Shown: in pieces, positions 1 to 11,042 of the stretch
Layout of the letters: every line of letters begins with the position of its first letter
Numbering within the stretch: position 1 is the first letter of the stretch
Assembly: GCA_017654855.1 (NCBI GenBank)
Contig: CM030336.1
Coordinates: 1,178,001-1,242,000 of the forward strand
DNA from: Podospora anserina
Taxonomy: Eukaryota
Length of the DNA stretch: 64,000 bases
Reading direction: 5' to 3'
Notes under the pieces: generated by a model
What the model was told of the DNA's origin: nothing
Seen by the model: the letters and a program-made list of their open reading frames with translations, nothing else
Database searches by the model: none
Translations under genes and position numbers: made by a program

Positions 1-2468
1 TTTTTTTATTTTTTAATTATTTCTTTTTACCGATATATACTTTATTTCCTTTAATATAGTATAATCCTTACGCTTTATTATATTTTTTTTTCGGATACTT
101 TATCGACTTAATATAATAATTAATTTTACTATATTAAAAATACTTTTTTAATAAAAGAAGGCTATCGTAATACTACCCTTTTAATCTTCCGAACTAAGTT
201 TTAGTATTAATAATAAGGAAAGTATTAAAAAATAAATTTATTTCTTTATTAAAACTAATATTAAAATTTAAAAAATAAAGTATTTAGTTTTTTAAGTATT
301 AAACGTAGGTCCTTATTATCCTAGATTTACCGTTTCCCGGTATAAAAAAATTATTATAAATATTTATTTTTAAATATTATAATATTATTTTTTTATTTAT
401 TATAATATTAACCGCTATATATTAATTAAATACTTTAGCCGTTTAATTAAAAGTAATAGGAAAGGGTATAATAATTAATTTATTTTTTTTATAGATCTTT
501 TTTCTTATATTATATTTATTTTCGATTATATTATTAATTTAATTACTTTAAATAATAAAATTTATAGATTTTAAACGACGTTCGGATCCTTTTCGGTTAA
601 TAAAAATTATTTTTATTAATTCGGAAAATTTTATTTAAAAGTAGTTAATAACTTTAGTTTTTACTACTTTTTTTTCCCCGGTCGGTACTCGAAAGAATAA
701 TTTAAAATAATTAAAAATAATTTTTTTTAATTTACCTATATTTTTAAAAATAATTTTAATATAAAAGTTATTTAATTCCCTATAAATATTTTTGTTTTAT
801 TAAAGATTATAAATCTTAAAGAAATATTTAAAATAGATAATTAGGATAAGTTAAATATTAATAAATATAAATAGGTTTATATATTTATTAATTTATTTTC
901 CTATATCGAAATTATATTAAAATTTAAACTTATAAACGTAAAAAGTAAATTCTATAATATAATACTTTTTATAAGTATTTTTAAAATACTTTAAATATTT
1001 TATAAAATATTTTTTTTTAAAATTACTTTTAAAATTAATTTTTTTCGGATTAAAGAATTTACGTTAAGGAAAATATATAAGTATTATAGAATAAAGGATT
1101 AAATAATTAAACGTAGGGGACCCTTAAAAATAACGATAGTCGGGGTAAACTCTTATAGGATATAGGTATCCGGATTACTAAAATTAATATACGAATTTAA
1201 AAAAAAAAGCGGGATATTCGGTATACCGAATAGGAAGTATAATATAATTTTAAGTAATAAAATTTAAATAAATATAAAGTTTATTTAATACGTTAAAAGT
1301 ATTAAGCTTTATAATCGGGTTACTTTAATTAGAAAGGGGGCGAAGGATTTTAATATTTTTAAAGTAAGCGCGGTTCGTAATTAGGGAAAGAACGAATAAT
1401 AATAATTCCGGAAACCTAATTGCCGAAATAATTACTTTTATTACGGAACGAGCTATAAAAGTTTAATACCTTTAATTATCGTTAAAAAGGTTAGCCGAAA
1501 CGATAAATAAAATATTATTAAATATATTAATATTTAATAATTATTATTATATTTATATTAATAATATAGTTTTTTTTTTATATATATTATTAGAAATATA
1601 AAAACGGTTATCCCTTATAATTTTAATATATAAATATAAATTATATTTATTTAAATTAAAAAGAAAGTATTTTTATTTTTTTACTTTTAAATTCTTAATA
1701 TTTTAAATTAAATTAATCCGGAAATCTTTATAATTATTTACTATCGCTAAATAATATATTAAAAGGATTCCTTTTAATTAAAAATAAAAAAGGATTTTAA
1801 TAATTAACGCGGAAATAAAATTTATTAACGAACTAATTTTAATTAATATTCTTAATTTATTTCCCGGTTTTATCCGGACTATATATTTAACTCTTTACTT
1901 ACGGATAAAAAGTTTAAAATTTAATCGATAATAAAAAAGCTTTATCCGATTAAATAAAGAAAAATTATTTCTATTAAACCTCGCGGGGTTTAATAAAGTT
2001 ATTAATATTTATTATTATTTATAGTTTCGTATTTCCTTTAGTACCTAAGACTTATAAATCCAGTTTAAACCCTAAGCTTTACTTAACCCGGGCACGACCT
2101 CCATTTAAAATAGTAAGAAAATATATAAAATAACTATAATACTATAAATATACCCTTAATAGGTCTCAGAATAAACATACTTACGTAATAGTAACTCGCT
2201 CGCAAACCGCACTTTACGTAGGATAAAGAAAAGACACTATAGGCTCGCAGGCCATATAATAAGCACCGGATTAGCCTGATTAGAGGGCCAGAATTGCCTG
2301 CACGCGTATAAGGCATAAAATACGAAGAAAGGAATAAAAGTCGATGTCCTGTTTAAAATAGAATGTCCGAAGTAGACCGCTTATATATATAACCCCTGAA
2401 CCCCTGAGTCCTCTGAGAGCCCCGCTTCCTTACTTATACTCTTAGGCCTGTGGCCGCACCCTAAACTA
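1..2468 (-). mobile_element. Partial Gypsy element A' (5' LTR 2106-2468 plus 5' internal region), inserted into the Copia integrase region
   Basis: Reverse-complement copy of 19892-~22360. The 363-bp LTR matches 19892-20254 and 38809-39171 and is followed by a PBS. Confidence 0.9.
2086..2103 (-). promoter_or_regulatory. tRNA primer-binding site of the A family (TGGAGGTCGTGCCCGGGT)
   Basis: Lies 2 nt inside the LTR end. Its complement reads ...CCCGGGCACGACCT-CCA, like a tRNA 3' end with a U discriminator. A RIP-altered copy is at ~20257-20274. Confidence 0.75.
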
Positions 2469-5400
2469 GTAAGGGTACTAATTCGTTAAGAAATAATTAG
2501 TAGGGCGTAAATTCCTTAGTGGAAATGGCTGTACGGTTAATAATATCCATAATAGAGCTAATTACGTAGCACTAGAGGGTAAGTGGTAGGCTAGAGGCTA
2601 CTATAGTAGCCCGTAGACGCTCTAAAATTACCCGAATAAAGCGCTCGGTTAGGCCGTTTTGGTGGTGGGCGTATAGGCTAAACTCACTAAAGGTTATACC
2701 TTTTTCAGTAAGGTAGGGTAGTAACCTTCGAATTTCCTTGCCCCCGTCGTAGTGGAATTGTGCCGGGTACCGCTTGTAAGTATTATATAGGCTTTCTATA
2801 GCGGAGCGAGCCTTTATAGCGACTTCGTCTTTAGTTTTTAGGAGCTTAACAAGCCTATACCGGGTTTTACGGTCCACTAAAATAAGCCCGTAAGGCCTGC
2901 TATTTAGTAAGGTGGGTCGAATTATAAATATATCCCCTTCTATTCGACTTAGCGTATACGGTAGGTCCGTTACAGGCCTTTTAAAAGGTTTACGCAGTAA
3001 TTTAGCTGCGTCACAGCTCTTACAAGTTAGATCTGTAGGCTATACTTTCTGTAAATTAGGTATACCCTTAGTAATTAGGGCAGTTTTCTTTAGAAGGTCT
3101 AGGCCTATATAGCCTAATCGAACGTGCTAGAGTCTTGCAGCCTAAATTAACGCTTAGTTACGTTAGTAAGGCGAATGCCCTATACGGCGAGGGGTAGGCG
3201 CCGTAGTGGTAGTTGGTTTAGGCGCTGTAATAGGCGCTGTGGTAGGTGCTGTGGTAGGCACTGTGGTAGGCGCTATGGTAGGCACTGTGGTAGGCGCTAT
3301 GGTAGGCGCTATGGTAGCTAGAAATTTAAGCGTAATGGTGGTTGGTTCAGGGTCTAAATTGCTGTCTTCAGTGCTGTAGTACTAAATAGAGCCGTATGCT
3401 TATGGCGTTAAATGCTCTATTTTAGCTAGAACCGTGGTTTTGGTAGTAAAAAAGAACCCATTTTTCTTGAAGTTAAGGAGGGTTAATAGCTTCCTAGAAG
3501 CCGAATATAGGCGGTCCTTAATAAGGGTCCTACCGGAGGCGTAAAGCCTGTAACTACTAACTATATTCAGTGGAAAGTCTAGAATATAAAGGGTCTCCTT
3601 AAGGGCTACAGTAATATATACCGCTTTTTTACCCTTAAACCCACTGAAGAATTTAATTTCTACAATGCCTTTGCCTTGCGGCCTGACTGGGCCACCGCCT
3701 GTACTAACACAGCTTAGGGAAGAAGAAAACTGTAGGTTAGTAAATAAGGCTTTGTTGTTGTAGATGTGCACTATAGAGCCTGTATCGAAAAGCCACTAGG
3801 TACATGGTGTAGCGGTTGAGTGGCTAAATTTAGGCAGTTTTTCGGGAGGATTAGGCCCTAGGTCGCTATATTCTTTAGTTATATTACTTCCAAATACAGT
3901 GCCTGAGTTAAGGTCGTAGCTTATAGTAAAGGCCTTGGTAGCGGGTAGGTCCTTTTGGTCCTTGCGGTTGTCTTTGCGACTGTCCTTACGGCCGTCTTTG
4001 CGGCCGTTATAGCGGTCGTTATAGCGGTCGTTACAGCGGTCGTCTTTTTTTAAGCCTTTTTTCCACTGTTTATTGCCCTGTTTTTTATAGGGCTTTTGGT
4101 CCTTATTTGGTAAGGACCGGTGAGCTTGAGAAGCCTAAAAGTTAGGCTTTTTTTCGCTACTAACAGGTTTGTAAGTAGCCTATAGGGCCTGTAATTAGTG
4201 GGCAGTGGAAGTAACCGAATTACGGGTTTCGGCTAAAAGGTTTTCTTGGAAATATAAAAGGCTTAGTTTAGTAGGTTTGCCTTCTATATGGTGGAGCTAT
4301 TGCCCCTGCCGAAGTAAGCCTTTATAGCGCTCGGCCCACTGTGGAAAATAGTTTTCCAGTACGTTAAAATAGTGGTTTAGTTGGTCGATTTGGGCTATTT
4401 TAACGCCTAAGGCCCTGAGCCTACTTACGTAAGTATTAAATAGGGCGTTGAAATCCACGATAGGTATAGACCTATCGAACTGCAAGTGGTGGTAGGCCTT
4501 ATACAGCTCGTCTCGGAGGGTAGGCTGCGCCGGAGCGTACTATGAGCGAAGGCGCTTATAGGCTATAACGGGGTCGGTTTCGAAGGCTATAGTGGATAAC
4601 GGGCCTTCCTTTAGTATATTTCTGAGGGTTAATAGCAGGGCTACCTTCTATAGGTTAGAAAGCCGGGCGTTTACCGAATTAGAATTTTCTAGAAATTTAG
4701 GTATTCCAAGGGCCCTGAATTGTATGGAAATGGCCTGGTGCTACTATTGGTAGTTATCGGGTCCTGAAAGGCGCTATTATTCAGCGAGGTTCAGGGACTA
4801 TTTAGCGAGCTTTTTTGTAGTAAGTGTGCTAAAGGTTACTGTAAAAGGCTCTATAATAAGTACTGAAGGTACTAAAGCAGCTAGAGCTACGGGAAGCTCG
4901 GTAGTGTGGGTAGCCGGTACAGCTACTAGCTATTTAGTAGCCTGAGCTTTAAATAGTAATATAACCTGCCGAAGCCTGTCCTCAATAGTGTCGATACAGG
5001 CCTATAAGGCCTATACTATAGGGCTAGTAGCCTCTATAATACTTAAGTGGTCTTAATCCATAGGCTGGTTAGCTATAATAAAGGCGAGGACTTGGTGGAA
5101 AATAACCGTATAGGTCAGTAAATAGGCTTCTCGGAAGCCGTACAGCCTATAGTACAGTGCTGTAAGTCGACGATTAGCCTAAAGGTATTGGCCTAAGGTT
5201 ATAGTTATAATAGTGGAAAGTCTATAGTATAGTACTAATTCCACTAAAGAAGCTTTTTAGTAAGAAGCTATACAGCCTGTAGTACAGTGCTGTAAATTGG
5301 CCTAGAAGTATTGGCCAGGGTTGTGATCACAGCAGTGGTAAAGCCTGTAGTACAGCGCTAATTCCACTGGAAAAGGCTTCTTAGTAAGAAGCCGTACAGC

Positions 5401-6119
5401 CTGTAGTACAGTGCTGTAGGTACGTCGACTGGAAGCGCACAAGTAGGCTAGATTCCGGGCTAGGTGGTTGCCCGGGCTCATAACCTATTAGCTAGTAAGC
5501 CCTAATAGGCCTATAATATAGAACCTATATAGGGTTGCTGTAAAATACAGCAGTGCGTAAGCGGAAGCGGGAGGATACGACGGCAGTGCCGAAGGAAAGT
5601 AAAGCACTATAATACAGTGAGGTATAAAAAATAAGAATTGCCTTTATTACCCTTGGCCTTGGCCTTTGGCCTTAGCCTTAAGCTTTTGCCCTTAGGGAAA
5701 GAAAGAAAGGAACTATTCTATAGGAGAGAGGAGAGGTCTATATATAGGCCTTCGTAGGCCTACTGTGGGTCCTGTAGGCCCTGGAAGCCCCTATACCACT
5801 TTAGGTATTTAGTGGGCTTAGGTGGGTCTAGTGTAGACTTATGGAAATCTATAGAACCTTCAGTAGTAAAGGTGCCCTATAAATTACACTATTGTAGCAA
5901 CTTACTACGTAAGCCTATAGCCACTTTAGAAGGTTCTAGTATCTATTAACTAAGCCTCAGGCCACAGTAGCCCTGTAAGCCTTCAAGGGTCCCTTGTAAA
6001 GAATATTCTAAAGGGATCCAAGCCGGGAAATTCTATTACTGCTTATAGCAGTACTGCCCACTGTAATATCAATCTGTAGGGCAGTAAGTAGGGCACTTAG
6101 TAGTACCCACACATTAACA
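2469..6119 (-). mobile_element. Ty1/Copia retrotransposon E (5' LTR 5486-6119, gag, protease, integrase; cut by A' at 2468)
   Basis: LTR ends TG..TA (RIP-ed CA). PBS GGTTATGAGCCCGGG at 5471-5485. ORF fragments include integrase-like QFHYDGGKE and QNGLTERF (2572-2877), an L(W)HVRLG(H)IG pre-integrase motif near 3105-3135, and a protease-region fragment (3400-3771). Integrase directly follows protease, the Copia order. Confidence 0.88.
3205..3318. repeat. 12-bp tandem repeat (GTGGTAGGCGCT)n encoding an APTT-type linker in Copia pol
   Basis: Repeated ctgtggtaggcg/ctatggtaggca units seen directly. Confidence 0.8.
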
Positions 6120-9100
6120 TAGTTAAATAAAAAAAAGTTTAAAAGGAACGGAATAATTATATTTTATAAAAGGTTTGAAACCCGGTTAAACTAAAGAATA
6201 ACTTTTAAATAATATAGTTCGTATTAAAGTATACGAAATACTATGTCGAATACGCGAACGGTTAAAATATAAATAATAATATATATTTTTAGAAAAAAAT
6301 AATATTAAATTAATATTTAAATTTAAATTACGTATTATATTTATAAAAAAGAATTAAATAATATTATTAAATAAAAGTATTTAAATAAATAATTAAATAA
6401 AAGAACTACTATTAAATATATATATAGGAGAATATTAAATACGTAAAAAACGGAAGATAGGAGGAAGTTAAATAAATATAATTAAAAAACTTTATATTAC
6501 TAAATAATGCGGAGTAAAAGGACGTTTTTAAACGATATAACTATTTAAAAAACGATTCGCGGCTTTTCGCGGGGGCCGGTAACCTTTAATGGATTACGAA
6601 CGGTATTTTCGGAAATATCGGTATAAAGTAAAAGTATAGGATAACGACCCGGTATTTATTAATAAAGTCGTTACTATATAGGGAGGAAATAAAAAAATAA
6701 ATACTTTTAGATTATAGTATATTAAAAGGATATTTAAGTAATAATATTAATAAATAGAAATATAAAAATAAATTTAATTTCGTTATAATTCGTATATTAA
6801 ACTAAAATACTATAAAATAAAAAGAAGGAATGAATCGTTATATAAAGACTATTTCCGACGTAAAAGGTTTATAAAGAAATATTACTTTTAAATATTATAG
6901 CTAAAAGAAAAATAATTTTAATTATATTTAATATTATAAATATAGGACCCTCGAAGGATATAATCCTAAAATAATTATAATATAAAGATTATAATTTAGA
7001 TATCGATTGGAGGGATAGTAATTACTTACGACTAAATTTTTTTTAAAAATATTTAATTAACCATAGAAGATTAGGTATATATATAAAGTAGAGTATGGGA
7101 TAAGTACCCTCTACGGTACTACCGTAAAGAGCCTAAGAAATAATAATATACTTTATTAATATAAACGGTAAAATCGAAGAAATAAAGTTAATAACGTTAA
7201 TAGAGATATCGGAGGTTAATAAATATATTTATTATAATTATATAGAAAAAGATAAGAAAAAAGTAATACCAGTAGAATATCAAGGATATTTAGTTTTTAC
7301 GGTTAAGTATTTAAAGGGATTTTTAAAGCGAGGACCGTAGGATTATAAAATTAAATTAAAAAAAGGAATTAAACTACGGCTATTTAAAGTCTATTATACT
7401 AACGATAAATAAAGTAAAAAGTTATAGAAAGATTTAAACGAGAATTTAAAAAGAGGATATATTAGGGAGTTTATATCGCTAGTAAAATACCCTATATTTT
7501 TCGTACCGAAAAAGGATAGTGGTTTACGACTATATATAAATTACCGTTAATTAAATAACGAGACGGTAAAAAATAATTATTTACTACTATTAATATTTAA
7601 ATTATAAAATTAATTAATAAAGGTATAATATTTTATACGCTTAAATATACTTATCGGATATACCTATATACGGATTAAGGAAAGAAATAAATAAAAAATA
7701 GCGTTTCGTATACCTTATAATTATTTCGAGTATCTTATAATACTATTTAAATTAATTAATACACTTATAACATTTTAATTTTTTATTAATTATATAATTC
7801 GGAAGTATTTCGATAAAATAGTAATATACTATCTCAATAACGTTTTTATTTATTTACGTATTTTAAAAAAGTATAAGCGATATATATAAAAAATATTTAA
7901 TATATTATATAAAGCCGGACTTTTAATTAATAAAGAAAAAAACGAATTTTATATATAAAAAATAATATATTTAAAATATTTAATATTATTAAGTAAAGTT
8001 TATATAGAATTTAGGAAAATTACGGTAATTAAGGATTAGCCTATACCGTAAATATAAATATACGTTAAAGAACTTTTAGGATTTATAAATTTTTATTAAA
8101 TATTTATTTATAGGTACGTAGAAATTATATAATTATTTAATTATTTAATTAAAAAAAACGTAAAGTTCCGGTAGGGGTAAGAAAAGGAGTAGGCCTTTTA
8201 AGAGTTAAAAGAAGTTATTTTAAAGGATCTAGTATTTAAATTGTTAAACCTTAATCGATTATTCGAGGTTGAGGCGGATATATTAGACTATACAATCGAT
8301 AGATAGTTAGGATAGCGAGACGACGACGGAAAGCTATATTTAATAACTTTCTTTTCGAAAAAGCTAGAAGGGGTACGTTAAAATTATTTAATTTATAATA
8401 AGGAATTCTTTATTATTATTAAAATATTCGAAAAATAAAGGCTATACTTTGATAATATTAATTACGAAATATAGGTTTATACGGATTATAAATATCTATA
8501 ATACTTTATTTTTATAAAGGTTTTTAATATACGGTAAATATAATAATTAAAGTTTTTTTCGGAATTTAATTTTTAAATTAATTATAAAAAGGATTCGGAA
8601 AATACTAAAGTAAATGTATTTAGCCGGCAAACTAATTATTATAAAGATATATTTAAAAAGTTATTACTATTATTTAAAGAGACGTTAGAGGGTACTTTTA
8701 AGTATTTATTTTAACCGTAAATAAAGTATTACGTAATATATTATAAATAAATTATTTTTAATAAATATTAAAGAAGGTTAAGTAACGATATTATAAAATA
8801 ATATTAATAAAAAAAATTAAAACTATAAAGTATTTAAAAAAATAATTAAGGAAGGTTATAGTATAAAAATCGAGCGTACGTAAAGTTAAGTAATAAAACG
8901 ATATTAGTAATAGAAATTTATAGATTGAAGTTCGGAGGATATATAAATATTATAAAAACTATAGAAGAAATTAAATAGTATTTTAATTAACTAAGAAATA
9001 AAGACGACGTTAAAGAAATTATTTAGTTATACTATATATGCGAGAAAATAAAGGTTGCGAGGTATAAACCTTACGGATTTTTAAAGCTATTATTAATAGT

Positions 9101-10349
9101 AAAACGATTATAGAGTTTAATTACGATAAACTTTATTATTAAATTACTAAAGTTAAGAAATATAATAACCGGCGTTAAATATAATAATATATTAATAATA
9201 GTCGATAGGCTTACTAAAAAAATATATTTTTTACTATATAAAGAAATTTAATTAGTAAAGTAATTAACGGACGTAATATTACGGTATATTATAATAATAT
9301 ATATATAATTAAAAAAATTTATTACGGATCGCGATATTATATTTATATCGAAATTTTAAAGAGCGTTAATAACGAGGCTCGGGGTAATAAGTAAAGTATT
9401 ATCGGCCTACTACTTTTAAATAAATAGTTAAACGGAACGGCTTAATTAAATTATAGAATAATATTTATTGGATTATATTAATTTTAAGTAAAACGATTAA
9501 ATTAAATTATTATTTATAATATAATTAATATATAATATATTATTAATAAAAACGATTAAAGTTATACCGTTTTCTATAAATTTTAAATATAAAATAGACC
9601 TACGGTAAGGACTTAGCGTTAAAGTACTTAGGGTTAAAGTTAAAATAAATAAATTATATATATTTTATAGTAAATTTAAGTAAAAACTAAAGTTTATAAA
9701 GGAAAGGATCTAAAAATATTATAATACTAAAAGGCTTAAGGGACTTCGCTTTAAAAAGGGAAATATAATATTCCTTTTTATATATAATTTATATATTAAA
9801 AGACTTAGTAAGAAGCTAGACTATAGGAGAGTAGGCCTATTTAAAGTTAAAAGGAGAATCTTAAAAACGGTATTCGAATTAGAGTTACTTAATATAATAT
9901 ATTTAAAGTTATATACGTTTTATATCTTACTTTTAAAACCCGTATTACCGGTAAGTAAAGCTAATATATAGGTAATAACGGAGGATAAAGAAAAAAAGTA
10001 CGATAAAAAGAATATTAAATTTATAATTTTATAAAGATTAATTAAAATATTTAATTAATTAATTAAAATATCCTGTTATAAATAATTTATAGGAATTAAA
10101 AATAAATTTTAATTACTTAAATAAATAAATAAAATTCTATTAATAATATTTAAACCGATTAAAATTTAAATAATAAAAAGATTAGTATTTAAATTTATAA
10201 ATTATATTTATAAATTTAAATATAAAATTTTAATAAGAATCGAACTTATACCTTTAACGTAATAATCGATATACTACGTACTATACTATAAAGTTAAAAA
10301 ATATAAAGAAATCTAAATATAAGTAATATTATATATTTTAATTACTTTA

Positions 10350-10900
10350 AAAAGTAAAAGGCGCGTTATTAATGGTACCCTACGGAGTTAGGAAGGAACG
10401 ACCGGCCGTATTAAAGTCTAAAAGAAGGTCGGAAGGTTAGTCGAAGCTTGAGGAAGGATCTAGGAAGAAGAAGTTAGAAGGAACGGTAGTAGAGGATTCC
10501 GCTGCGGAAAGGTTCCGAAGGAAAACGGAAGGAGTAAACTACTCTTTACGTTTAACTTTCTCTAACTTTTCTATACTATTAAAACTACGGGAAACGGTAC
10601 GAGCTATCTTATTAAGTTAAAATTTCTTTTACTTACGTAAACGGATAATCTTAGCTATAGAAGCAACTAACTCGGCCTCGGCCCTCTCTATATTAAAATT
10701 AAAACAGTTATAATAAGCTACGATTTTGCGGAGGCTGGAGGCGGATAGACCGCCGGCCTCGTAAAAAGGCTAGTTAAAAGAGATGTAGGAAATATAGTAA
10801 GAAAAATTAGGAAAAAAAAATGTATAAAGAAATAAATAACGTTTGTAATAAATATAAAAAATAATTATAATAGTAAAATTACGTAAAATAATATTAAATA
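10350..10900 (-). pseudogene. Antisense accessory ORF of element D: Zn2Cys6-like motif plus coiled coil (RIP-ed)
   Basis: In-frame TAT/TAC codons between 10856 and 10761 are spaced x2-x6-x9-x2-x7. They are followed by ...ERAEAELVAS(M)AKIIRLRK(Q)KK... Confidence 0.65.
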
Positions 10901-11042
10901 AAGTATTATATTAAATAGTTTTAAAATAAATAGTTTTCGAACGTTTAAAAACCTAATTAAAAATATAATAAAGGATAAAAAGGAGGAAAAAAAACTTACC
11001 GTAATTAACGACGAAAAAGGAGATTAGGCCGTAAGGACTTTA

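Noticed and set aside
2134-2316. 60-aa ORF repeated three times (also 20044-20226 and 38961-39143)
   Set aside because: All copies lie inside the A-family LTR and start at GTG. The repetition reflects LTR copies, not a gene family.
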